64,000 bases of DNA. It comes from Octopus sinensis (lineage: Eukaryota). The position numbers and the translations under genes are program-made. Within the stretch, counting starts at the first letter, position 1; each line of letters opens with the position of its first letter. Positions 51,928 to 63,671 of this stretch are shown here, piece after piece. The stretch spans positions 32,116,001-32,180,000 of the forward strand of contig NC_043010.1 of the NCBI RefSeq assembly GCF_006345805.1, given 5' to 3'. The notes under the pieces are model-generated. The model saw only the letters and a list, made by a program, of their open reading frames with translations, searched no databases and was not told where the DNA came from.

Positions 51928-53158
51928 TATAATAATAATAATAATAACAATAATAATAATAATTACAGTAATAATAATAATAATTGGAATGCTAGACACT
52001 GTGAAGATATAATTAATAAGTTTCATTAGATATTAGGAACTTTAATATTTGAATAGATTTCAAAATGCTTGAAGCTGATAAAAGACTGTTTTCTGCAGAA
52101 ATAAGTTCTGTTTTTAAACACTAGGTCTCTAGATAACATTCTATTATTTGTCCAAGGAGAAAATCTGAAGAATCTCTTATATGTCGAAGAATTGAAGTGT
52201 ACAGGAAGAGATAAGAAAATGAGTGCAGCGGAAGAGAAATACTGAGTTTGTGTCAGCCTAGGGCTGTAACAGGGTGTGGGTGCAGGGTGTGGAACTGAGG
52301 TCAGTTTGCTTTGATCTTGATTAAATATTGGCTTTCAAAGAATGTTCTTGGGAGAAATTCAACCACATGGACCGGAAATGATATCTTACTGAAACTTTGA
52401 TTGGAAAAATGGCTGCTGTAAGTCAAGTTGACACATGTTGCTATGGTGATTATAGTAAAGGGTGTGGTGTTAGAGGGTAGAGAGAGAGAGTTCAAAGTTG
52501 ATTTGATGTAGCAGTTACTTACTATGCTAAAACTCTATTATTAGACAGTGACCTATCCCTAAGTTTGGTGAGAGTAAAGAGAGCATGTCTGTGACAACTA
52601 CTGGTGTGTGTGTGCGTGTGCGTGTGCATGTGTGTGTGTGCATCTGTGTCTGTGTATGTGTGTGTGTGTGTATTGCTGTTGTCAAGTCGAAAATCAGCCA
52701 TGAATGAGCAGACCATTGGCCAAGATGTTCCAGAAATGACCAACTTACCTGTTTTTTCAAGCAGTGTACTTCCAGGGCCTTATTATCTAATATGCCTTAC
52801 TTTTTAAGACAGTAGTATATGATTTCAGGTTGATTTGGTTGCTACTTCTAACAAGTCAAGCAATCTATAGAGCAAGAATTGGAAATTCTTTTAATACTAA
52901 GGATGAACTGCAATTATTTAATATGTTGGGAACCTCTGTACTGAGAAGATAAAGACTTTTCCAGACTTTTCCACAAATATCTAACTTATATCAAATTATT
53001 GCTTTGGCATTAGTGATTAAACTTTTCTTTTCACATGAGTATTTCAAAACTTAATCAAATTTGAATGTGAGAGGTTTTCTGCCCCTGACATATATATTGG
53101 CTTGACCTATATATAGTGGATTTTGAAGCTGTATTACATACATACATATGAATGAATA

Positions 53159-53541
53159 TGAAGCACTCCGTCGGTTACGACGACGAGGGTTCCGGTTGAT
53201 CCGATCAACGGAACAGCCTGCTCGTGAAATTAACGTGTAAGTGGCTGAGCACTCCACAGACACGTGTACCCTTAACGCAGTTCTCGGGGATATTCAGCGT
53301 GACACAGAGAGTGACAAGGCCGGCCCTTTGAAATACAGGTACAACAGAAACAGAAAGAAAGAGTGAGAGAAAGTTGTGGTGAAAGAGTACAGCAGGGATC
53401 ACCACCATCCCTGCCGGAGCCTCGTGGAGCTTTAGGTGTTTTCGCTCAATAAACACTCACAACGCCCGGTCTGGGAATCGAAACCGCGATCCTATGACCG
53501 CGAGTCCGCTGCCCTAACCACTGGGCCATTGCGCCTCCACA
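53159..53541 (-). mobile_element. SINE family C, young
   Basis: Near-identical reverse complement of 22696-23078. Confidence 0.92.
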
Positions 53542-54246
53542 TACATACATATACATACATAGACACACACACACATATATACTCTCACATGCGTTTTTGA
53601 ACATACATACAAGTATATACTTACTAATATGTATAAACATACATATATTCATGTGTACATACATACATACATACATACATACATACATACACAAATCTTG
53701 TTAATAAAGCTTTATAAATAATACACTTATAAACTGTTTCCATTTTTTCCACATTTACTGCATTATTTATAAGTGTGGTGCTGAAGAATCTGATAAAACA
53801 GTGGGTCATTGGGTCAATGTCCACAGAAAGATATTCACCTAACATTTACTTCAAGCTAATGAAACACAGTTGGTTGTACTCAACTAACCATCTGGTGAAT
53901 AACAGATGTGATTATACATCTATTATAGTTTTCTTGAAAATTATGGCACACACATACCCACTATGCAAGTCCATATTGTTTTCCAGTTTCTCCAAAGCCA
54001 TATCCAGAGACAGTAAAAAGAAAATAACTCACAACCTCTAAGGAATGGTCACCCATATTAAGAGAAACATAAATTTGACAAAAATAATTTATCAAAACAT
54101 TTTTCATAATTATCTATCTAAATGATTATTTATCTATAAAATCTACAAACAGTGCCTGAATGAGCATTCACTGTGAAGTGCATATGACACATTCATGCAT
54201 ACTGCTTTATATATATATATATATATTAATGAGCTGTATTTATTTA

Positions 54247-54350
54247 TCACCTGATGAGATACATCTGCACGGCCAGATGCTCCTGAACAAGTTGTTGAGT
54301 GTCCCACCCAGGAGAAATCGATGCTAGATGTATTGAAACAATTGTCATGA
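54247..54350 (+). ncRNA. Type I hammerhead ribozyme motif (Penelope-type, long helix II)
   Basis: TCAC-CTGATGA-GATACATCT...AGATGTATT-GAAAC-AATT-GTC|ATGA. Core CUGAUGA/GAAA, 9-bp helix II base, helix III palindrome ACAATTGT, GUC site. Two CpG-type decays (11.1 and 1.1 positions). Confidence 0.8.
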
Positions 54351-54379
54351 CTAACAATAAATTCTTGTATATTCCATCT

Positions 54380-54410
<31 letters not shown>

Positions 54411-54441
54411 ATCAAAATAAGCAACAGGATATCAAGAAGTG

Positions 54442-54529
54442 ATGCAGTACGACCATTTCAAGTGGCTCCATTTAATTGAACAATGCAATCATTACATCAA
54501 TTTAAGTGCAGGGCTATCATCAGCTGCAC
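54442..54529 (-). ncRNA. Degenerate type I hammerhead ribozyme motif
   Basis: Minus strand GTGCAG-CTGATGA...GAAAT-GGTC-GTA|CTGCAT. 6-bp helix I and distal helix II hairpin present; proximal helix II and C15.2 mutated. Confidence 0.55.
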
Positions 54530-56322
54530 AAATAAATAGAATTTTAATCAGTTGGACACATTAATATAATTTTTTCTCAATATGTAAACAGAGCAAGAAG
54601 ATGGAAGAAATCCATGTTGTTGCTATTGTAGCTAAGAATAGACTACACTTCCAAGAAAGGCATGAAGCTCACTGGGGTCATTGCTTGTTAAGGACTGTGG
54701 TTCATTTCTAATTTATTTGTCTTTTTATCAACTACTAAATCTAAGACTAGAGGACTGTGTCTGTTTGGAATGAAGGGCAAGAGTGAGCTGACAGCTCATG
54801 ACTAGGTATGGTCACAAATATTGTCAAGATATTAGTAGTAAACTGGGTGTAAAGTAGCTGTCTATAAAGGAGGCTGGGTAGGGGAAGACCCTATATCATG
54901 ATGTTAATTATCAGTTAAAGGGGCAATATATATATATATATATATTTTATATTTTTATCTAGTTTCAGCTCACGAGCTGTGGCCATGCTGGGGCACCGCC
55001 ATATATATATATATATATATATGCATACATATACATATCTATATATATATATATGTACATATATATATATATGTATATACACACACACACATACACACAC
55101 ACATATATATATATGCATATGTATATATTATATATGTACATGTGTATATGTGTAATGTGAAGCTGGATTATGTTTAATAAATCAGATTGCTGATTATTAG
55201 TGTCTTTTAATAAAAAAGCAGAAACAAACTAGGGAAGCCAAACTCCAAGCTGAAATATGAAATTTACTAAATATTTAAATATTTACTAAATGTTTATATT
55301 TAGCATGGAAAAGAACAATGCTTGCAATTTACAAATAGCTAAAACGTAACATTCATTTTTGCTAGAAATAAGTCTCTATACATGATTGCTAAACTTATTC
55401 ATTTAGATTTTCCTTCTCAAAATTGTATATATCATGTATATATGTATTTTGTGTTACCGTGTGTTTGAGTGTGTGTCTGCTTATGATGTGTGTGTATGTG
55501 TTTCATTTTATGTATTTGTCTTTTGAATGTATGTGTTTCTTTGTGTGTGTGTGTGGGGGTATTTCTGTTTGCACACCTTCTGAATTAGATGTGCATGTGT
55601 ACATAAGTGTATGATTTATCTAAGTCTTGTGTGTTTATTTTTGTGCTTATGAGTCTGCATGTATGTATATGTGTATGCATATGTATCATGTTGCTGCACA
55701 AAAGCATTCCTTTCCCTTACCTACCTCAATTTCTTTCTTCCCATCATCCTCCTTATTTCATTTTATTCTTTCACTTCTCTGCTCCCATCGTAATTCTCTC
55801 ATTGTTCTTTTCCTCTCCGTCTTCATTGTTTTCTCTCTTGTTTTGGTCCTTTCCTGTTTCCATACTTTAGACACACAAAGAAGAGATATATACACGAATA
55901 CCCAGTAAGATTAATAACGTGTGTGTGTGTGTGTGTTTGAATTATATTATAGTTTGAATGAAGCATCGTGGGATATTTAAAGTTAAAATTGAAGTAATTC
56001 AAAAGCCAATATAATAATGTCAGTTGAAATGCAGGAGTGAAAACAAGTAAACAAAACAGAACAACAATTTGTTACCTTACCATATATTTCTCTATTTTAG
56101 TGTTAATTTCCCGCTCATAAGAACATGGGGGATGGTGTTGAGTTGGTATCTTTTGCTCAAATGAAAGGGAAGTGGGTAGGAAGTTGTAACATACACAGAC
56201 CGCTATAGTTACAACAACCAATCTGTCTTATTCAACTTATCTGTTTTTGATAAATGGTTTCAGTTTATTAAAGAGGAGGATTACATTGATCCTCAAATTG
56301 CAAACTGTTACATTCTATTGCT

Positions 56323-56690
56323 GTATCATCATCATCATCGTTTAACGTCCGCTTTCCATGCTAGCATGAGTTGGACGGTTCAACTGGGGTCTGGCAAGCC
56401 CGAAGGCTGCACCAGGCCAGTCAGATCTGGCAGTGTTTCTACAGCTGGATGCCCTTCCTAACGCCAAGCACTCCGAGAGTGTAGTGGGTGATTTTATGTG
56501 CCACTGACACAGGTACCAGACGAGGCTGGCAGACGGCCATGCTCGGATGGTGTTTTTTATGTGCCACCGACACAGGTGCCAGACGAGGCTGGCAGATGGC
56601 CACGCTCGGATGGTGTTTTTTATGTGCCACTGACACAGGTGCCAGACAAGGCTGGCGAACGGCCACGATTGGATGGTGTTTGTTTGTATA
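56323..56690 (-). mobile_element. Family D 3' UTR with three 63-bp internal repeats
   Basis: Units start at 56492, 56555, 56618 (ttttatgtgccac...ggatggtg). Confidence 0.8.
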
Positions 56691-56789
56691 TATATATATA
56701 TTTATAATAGTATAAAATACATATATTTGAGCTATTTGTATATAATTGTAGCTTTGCATTTGAAGCGGCACAATACTGGGGATTTTTGT

Positions 56790-57085
56790 CTTGGAGGTGC
56801 TCAGTGAACCAGTCAACCAAGCAGTACACTGTTTGACCAATGCATAGGGAAGAAAAAAGCAGAGCAGAAGATACAGTGGATGACATTGCTGGAGGTGCAG
56901 ATAAAAGAGTTGGTGGTGTGGTAGGGCAGGTGGTGGGTGCTGGTGAGGTTAGTAGTGTTGGAGAGGTAGTGGCAGGTGCAACAGCTTGGAGAAGAGCAGG
57001 GGAAAGAGCCAGGTTGGGTATCAGGAGTAGGGAAGAAACTGTGGACCTGAAGGTCATGCAAATTAGTAACTGTTAAGTTCTGTGT
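56790..57085 (-). pseudogene. Penelope-like element GIY-YIG endonuclease remnant
   Basis: NLHDLQVHS...PGSFPCSSPSCCTCHYL...SFICTSSNVIHCIFCS (frameshift) LCIGQT...WFTEHLQD matches the PLE pattern NL.DLLV.S...C....C.TC...FTC.S.NVIY.I.C..C...YIGET...RF.EH. Confidence 0.85.
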
Positions 57086-59570
57086 ATGGCATTTCTCTAA
57101 GAGTGTTTTTGAATGATGTGTTTGTTTGCATGTGTCCCTCGATGTTGATATAAAGCATTCTGATTGTGCTTCCTATGTAGGAACCAATTACATTTACTGC
57201 AGACTTTTGGGTATATTACACGTTTGTACTGTTCATGGGGTAGTTGGCCAGTGGGCACATCTTGTTGCTGTCTGTTAGTCAATTTCCAGACAAAAATTTT
57301 CTCAATACATGACCAGAGTACATCTTAGGAAGGACATACCATCTCTAGAAGTGTGGATCTTCCTTTGAAGTATAAGAACTTTCTGACATTTGCAAAAAAG
57401 ATGTTTGCATAGCTATCATTTAGCAGAACCATTTGCAGTCATCTGATGTTAGTGGCCTTATCTGTTGCTTCACTGCACCTGTAGGTAGCTTTGGCTCTGA
57501 TGGAAAGGGCTGACTAATAGTGGACAATTAGATCCTGCTGGCCATTTTCCTGTCAGAATTCATATAAATAAATGCTACCTCTCTAATCTTGAGTTGGGAA
57601 TTAAGCAGGGAGAGAGGGAGGGAAAGAGAGAGAGAGAGAGGGAAAGAGAAATCCAGTATCACTAGGGTGTTTGATTTCAAACTGATGGTCTCCTCCCAAA
57701 AGGAAGTCAACATTACCTAGAGAAGACAACGTGGGAGTTGTAGGTGCTAAGTGCACTGCACACTAGTTGGTCAACTTAGGTAATAACCAATGGGTTTAAA
57801 GAAAAATATCTAGAAATATAAGATAAAGTACAAACTGTTATTTTGTCATCTTTACATCTGTTTCCACTGTTTCAATTGAATTGTGTGGGCTTTTGAACAC
57901 ACACACATGCACACACACATGCATGCACATATACATGCATAGAAAATACACACTCACCCATGCAGACACACACATATAATCATAACCATTGTTTAATGTC
58001 TACTATTCTATGTTTGCATGGGTTTAACTCCTATATGTGTGTTTATGTGTGTGTGTGTGTATGTGTGTGTGTGTGTGTGCATCGTTAGTAAGAACTCATT
58101 TCTGAGTATTTAGTACATTTCAATTTAGGTGAAGGGGTGCTCATTTGTGCTGTAGGGGAAGATGGGCTTTCTGATGGCTAATGATCCCAATTCTTGTTTT
58201 AAACAGCCTATTGCAAGAATCACGTTGGATTGTAGGTGCTGGTCGGAGTTGGGTTGCTCCAACTTTCCTACATTGTTGTTTCATTCCAAATCAATTCTTT
58301 TGTTTCCTTCAAAACAGGATATTCCTGCCTTGATCAAATTTCACCAAACAGTGTATTGGTTGGTTGTCATTTCCCAAGAGTTTTGGTCTATACCATTACT
58401 CTTCAGAGTTTCCTTCAATTAGTCTTTGTAGCATTGCAGGGGAATTCACAAAAGGTGTCTCCCATTGTTCAGTTTCCCCAATAGGAATATCTTTGGGAAC
58501 CTGTTTTCCCTCATGACGCCATGTGGCCTGCCCATCTGAGGTGGTGCTTGATGGTTGTAGCCTCCAAGCTAATTTATCCCACTCTCTTTTGTTCATAACA
58601 TTGGTAACATAGTCTTCCCATTTGATGTCCAGGATAGACCAGAGTTCCTTTTGATGGAGTTGTTCAAGCTTTTTTGGGTTATGGCAGTACAACGTCCATG
58701 TCTCACACCTAAACAACAGGACAGACACAATTGTACACCTTCATTTTAGTTTGGATAGTATGACGACTGCTCCCAAAGACTCTACTGGAAAGCTTCCCAC
58801 AGGCTGAGTGTGCTGCTTGGACCTTGTTTTCTACATCATTTGATGATGTATATTGAACAGATAGGAGGTTACCAAGGTAAGGGAACTGTTCAACACATTC
58901 AATGGAAGTTCTGCTAATGGTGATGTTACATTTTGGTGGGTCATATCCAGGTAGTGGTTGTACAAGGATTTTGTTTTTGTCTTTGTTAACTGTTAAACCA
59001 AACTGAGAATATGCCAAGCAGAAATTATTGACAAACTGTTGTAAGGCTCAGTGGGTGGACAGGGACAGTGTTATTATCTGCATACTGCATTTCATTTACT
59101 TTGATGGTGTTGGTGTGATGCTGAGAATGGAGTCTTGATAGATTAAAAAGTCCGCCATCACTATGGTACTTGATTTCTACACCTGAGTTGTTCTGGGGAA
59201 TTTCATGGCAGCATTGTAAAGAGAGAAGAATGTGGTGCAAGGATATAGCCCTGTTTCAGATCACACATAATGGGGAATTCCTCTGAAGTGTTAACTTGGT
59301 GGATAACATATGCCTTCATGCTATCATGCATTGCTCTAATTATTACAACAAAGGTTCTAGAAGGCTGAATCATTGCAGGACAGCCCACATTGCAGCTCTT
59401 GGAACACTATTATAGGCTTTTTCAAGGTCAGAGAAAACAAGAGAGAGATGTTTTTTGTTGTTCTTTGACTTTCTCCTGTAGTTGATGAGCAGAGAAAATT
59501 ACTTCAATTGTTCCCCTTGCAGAGTGGAAACCACATCGATGTTCTGACAGGATGTTCTCTGCAAAGTTTT

Positions 59571-59777
59571 TTAATTTACATTTGACGGATATTTGTCCCC
59601 ATCTTGTTTGTTGTTAACACAACGTTTCGGCTGATATACCCTCCAGCCTTCATCAGGTGTCTTGGGGAAATTTTGAATCTGGGTTCTCATTCCTAACAAC
59701 AAACAAGATGAGGACAAATATCCGTCAAGTATAAATGATGTACATAATTCCTCATTTCTTAAATATATAGAACTGTG
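59571..59777 (-). mobile_element. Penelope-like pseudo-LTR fragment with inverted duplication
   Basis: About 43-bp arms 59573-59616 and 59695-59740 are reverse complements and enclose a hammerhead; the segment splits the RTE reading frame. Confidence 0.8.
59616..59661 (-). ncRNA. Minimal type I hammerhead ribozyme motif
   Basis: GACAC-CTGATGA-A-GGCTG-gagggtatat-CAGCC-GAAAC-GTT|GTGTT. 5-bp helix I, 5-bp helix II, loop-less helix III palindrome ACGT, GUU site. Confidence 0.8.
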
Positions 59778-60372
59778 TTCAGGAATAATTTGGCAAGAAT
59801 TTTCCTGTGATGGAGCGTAAGGATATACTATGATAATTGTCACAAATGTTACAATCCCCTTTCTTAAATATTGTAAAATTTAGTGTATCTTTAAGCTTAT
59901 TTGGGATATGTTTGGCTTCTCACATTCGTAGGATCAAAGTGTGCGTATAGGTCTTTAGGGATAGCTCACCATGTAGTAGAAGCTCTGCAGGAATTTTGTC
60001 TGGGTCTGCAGCTTTTCTGTGATATATTTTCCTCAAGGCTACACAAAATTCATACTAGGTGATTGGAATAGACATACTGAGAAGAGATAGTGGGGTATTG
60101 TGGAACATTTCTTAGAATCTCATAAGTAGTGGTTGAGTTCCTGTGTTGAAATGTCCCACCCCACCATTTAAGGTTGACATTACTCTCCATCAAATGGATG
60201 TTGACTGCTGATGGTAGGATCCCTTCTGAGGATTGGAAAGGACTGTACATCTCCTTAGTTCCTGCACAGAGGCTGCAGAGATCACAAGTGTTGGCAAAGT
60301 GCCGCAGTTCAACATCCGTGTTAAGTTGGATATAAGGATTGCTTTTTGGTACTAATGCTGCTTCTGTGGCTA

Positions 60373-60405
<33 letters not shown>

Positions 60406-60512
60406 ATATATATATATACATATATACACACATATTTATAAACACACGCACACAGATATATAGAAAACAAAGTTATTTCATTCCACACAGGTAGAAATTT
60501 AGAAAAAACTGA

Positions 60513-60763
60513 AGTTGAAAATGCCTTGGGAATTGTTTAGATTTTTTAGTTTTAAAGACTTAACTGGTTTCATAGATTTCTTTGATTTTCAAAAGTTGAG
60601 ACAGAAAGATGTGGATCTATGCTTGCTTCATGCTTCTTAAGACAGTTGCAGCTTAGCTCCACATCTTTTGTACCTCAACTTTTGAAAATCAGAGAAATCT
60701 GTGAAACCAGTTAAGTTTTTAAAACTAAAAAATCTAAACAAATCACAGTGCTTTTTTAACTTC
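60513..60763. mobile_element. Fold-back MITE
   Basis: Arms 60532-60615 and 60658-60742 are about 85-bp reverse complements, extending imperfectly outward. Confidence 0.82.
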
Positions 60764-61350
60764 TTACACACACACACATTGTAAACAGAGTTAGCAGTTA
60801 TAGTAACCAATGAAGGGATAAAATATCCATATATACTATCTGTATCCGTTACTTGTATTGTCCCTGGATATTGGTGTGCAGGCACACCATGCACATAAAG
60901 TGCAGATAACAACTGGATAAACAAGAGTTTATCAGGAACTAATGCAAATAATTAGAAAATGGAAAAAAACACAGATTAACAAACACATCGATTGGACCAC
61001 ATTTATAGCTTATTTTTTAATACAAAGCATGACATAACAAATTGCACCTACCCGTTAATAAATTGTAGTATTCCCTAGACTATTACTAGCTCACTTTTTT
61101 TTTATCTATGGACCCTGTAGCCCCTGATGGTAAATTATTTGCTCTTAACATATTGGGCTTCTAGACTTTTTGTCTAAGCCACCTTTCTTACTTTTTCTTT
61201 CTTCCTTTTGTTTACATTGTATGCTCTTGTTTGTCAATCTTCAAATACCCTACGAAGATGAAGAACTTTATTCTTGCATTTATTTATAGACTGCATTCTG
61301 GTAACCGATCAGTAACGGCTGTAAGATATGTTATGTCACTTATTTTGCTA

Positions 61351-61402
<52 letters not shown>

Positions 61403-61410
61403 TATATATG

Positions 61411-61570
61411 AATTTTTTGCGGAATGAGATAAAAAAAAACCAAGGCTGTACAGATATTAGAGCATTTATAGAAAGAAGGTCTTACAGCTGTTTCTAGAAT
61501 ATTAATTAATAATAATATCCCTTCATCGGAGACGGTGTGAGGGGAAAAGTTAACTCATAGTTAGTTTCGA
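61411..61570 (-). mobile_element. Short hammerhead-bearing element embedded in (TA)n
   Basis: 160-bp non-repetitive insert with (TA)n directly on both sides; carries the 61479-61533 hammerhead. Confidence 0.7.
61479..61533 (-). ncRNA. Type I hammerhead ribozyme motif with CCGAUGA core variant
   Basis: GTCT-CCGATGA-A-GGGATATTA-ttattaat-TAATATTCT-A-GAAAC-AGCT-GTA|AGAC. 4-bp helix I, 9-bp helix II, helix III palindrome ACAGCTGT, GUA site. Confidence 0.7.
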
Positions 61571-62465
61571 TATATATATATATATATTATATATATATAT
61601 ATAATTTAATAAAAGAGTATCATATGAAAGCATGGATGTGGCTTGATTTTGCAATAATTGGAATGAGAATCAAATAAGGATGGCAAAGTAAGTGAAAGAG
61701 GTGAGTGGAGATGAAGTGGGATTGTTGTATACAAGTGAAGATTGTGGAGTGAGTGAAATAGTTGAGTAATAGATGTTAGAGTGAGTGCAACATGTGTAGT
61801 GGGTAAGATGAGTGAATGTACAACAGTATAGAGTGCTTGTGTGTGACATATGATAGTTGTGATAGAAGAAGGACAATGAAGACCAGCAACTATTGAACTA
61901 GAACAAGATGTGAGTGATAAAATTTGTTAATTAAAATCAACATCAGCTGAAGCAATTAGAATACATTATAGAAAGAAACAATACCAGCACAATGACAAAT
62001 ATTTCAAAATACAGTGACAACAATACTTCAACAATAAAACTAAAAGAAGAGAAGTAAAGTTGCTATGGCACAGGATCTTGTGTAAATAGTTAAATTACAA
62101 ATCAGAATGACTCTTGTTAAAACAAAGAGATGGCAATGCTGTGTTTGTTTAATGCTGCTATTGTTAGTTTAAATTTTATCACTGAACAAACCAATATTTT
62201 CACCAAAATATTACTTTATTAGGTGCTTATTTTATCATATTTTGTCAGTTATTGAATTATATTTTTATGTGTTATTTTTGCTTCATAGTTCTATGGCACA
62301 TGCTACAGTTTAATTGTTTCAAGAGTGAGAGAAGACCATAATGGGGATTGGCACTAAACAAATAGTTATCAACACCATCCTTACTTCTTTTATAAAAAAA
62401 AATCATGATGGTAATAACAATAATAACAATAATAATCATAATAATAATAATAATAATAATAATAA

Positions 62466-62751
62466 ACTCAGATACCAGGAAACCCCAAAATGGCCGAAAT
62501 TCAAAAGATAGTGCTCATGGGAACTGCTCATATCCTACGCAAAATACTTTCTATGTAATCTCAAGGTTTAAAACAAACATAATTTTCGTATGTTTTTTTT
62601 AGGCATTCACTAGTACAACACTAAGTACCAAACCAAATATATGGCACCCTAGGCATAACACCAACACGAACTTCCAACTTGTTGTCTCTTGAGATCTCTG
62701 GGTGAGACTTGGAGCCAGCTTGTGCAAATGTAAAGCAAAAGTCAAACATAG
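62466..62751 (+). mobile_element. 5'-truncated Dong/R4 3' end (second family) inserted in (AAT)n
   Basis: TQIPGNPKMAEIQKIVLMGTAHILRKILSM* followed by a ~190-bp 3' UTR unrelated to the 32.9-kb family; (AAT)n on both sides. Confidence 0.85.
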
Positions 62752-63631
62752 AATAATAATAATAAAAATAATAATGATAATAATAATAATAATACTTTCG
62801 TAACAACATTGAGTAACAACATTAAAGCTTACTCAGTTGTTGGTGTTGTTTAGCCCATGTCACACTTGACTCAGTAACTATGTTAAAAAGTGTTCCAGCC
62901 ATGACAATGTGATAATTTTAAATATGTAGGACTATTTTTATCTAATGAATTTTAAAACTTATTAGATGGGTTATTGATATTTGATTAGACAGATTTTGGT
63001 TGTATGCTGTTACCCTGTTCTCATATTAAATGTATTTGAAGTTTTCAAGGAGACCATTTATTTATACATAGATGTTAAAATGATTACAAATGATTACAAT
63101 AGTTTCTTGCCAGAGACTGTATTGCTGATTCCAGTTGTGAGTTATGTATATTGGCCAAGAATTAGATAGCTACATCTTTGTGTGGGGCAAACAGTGAGAA
63201 TTAAGAATGTCTTGTGTCTGTGCTTGGAAAAGTGAGAATATTGCATTCATGGAAGGTGAAGGGATTGCATCAACACTTGAGGGGTCATAATGTATTCATC
63301 GAGGCTAAAAGTTCTAACAGAGTGAACCTGGCTGCATTTTATTGTGACACCAGTATTAAGTGTGAGAAAATGATAGATAGTAAGAGGTGGATAAATAATG
63401 AGAGTAAACGATAGTAAATATCAAATGGCCAGTGGGGAGTACAGGTAGAGTTTATGGGATTCATGCAGATCTGATGAAGTCCCTTAAATTTTATATCTCT
63501 AGATGGTGAGGGAGGTGGGGGATAAGCATGAAAGAGAGAGAGAGAGAGAGAGAGTGCATGTGTGTGACAGAGGAGCAGATTTTGAGAGAGAGAGTCTGAT
63601 AGGTCTTAGGGCATTTTTAATTATGCTGGAA

Positions 63632-63671
<40 letters not shown>

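Larger units (their letters stand above)
58150..60340 (-). pseudogene. RTE (BovB-like) LINE ORF remnant, interrupted by a Penelope terminus
   Basis: KAADPDKIPAELL, IFKKGDCNICDNYHSISL, EHRCGF...FSDLEKAYNSVPR, LKQGYILAP, MQYADN, FPYLGNLLS, LFRCETWTL, C-terminal SCNRLFKTRIGIISHQKAH. Confidence 0.92.

Noticed and set aside
61225-61345. Penelope-terminus-like segment (ccctacgaagatgaagaac...ttctt) as a fifth hammerhead
   Set aside because: No CUGANGA core and no GAAA or cleavage triplet in this copy; cannot be supported without a consensus.
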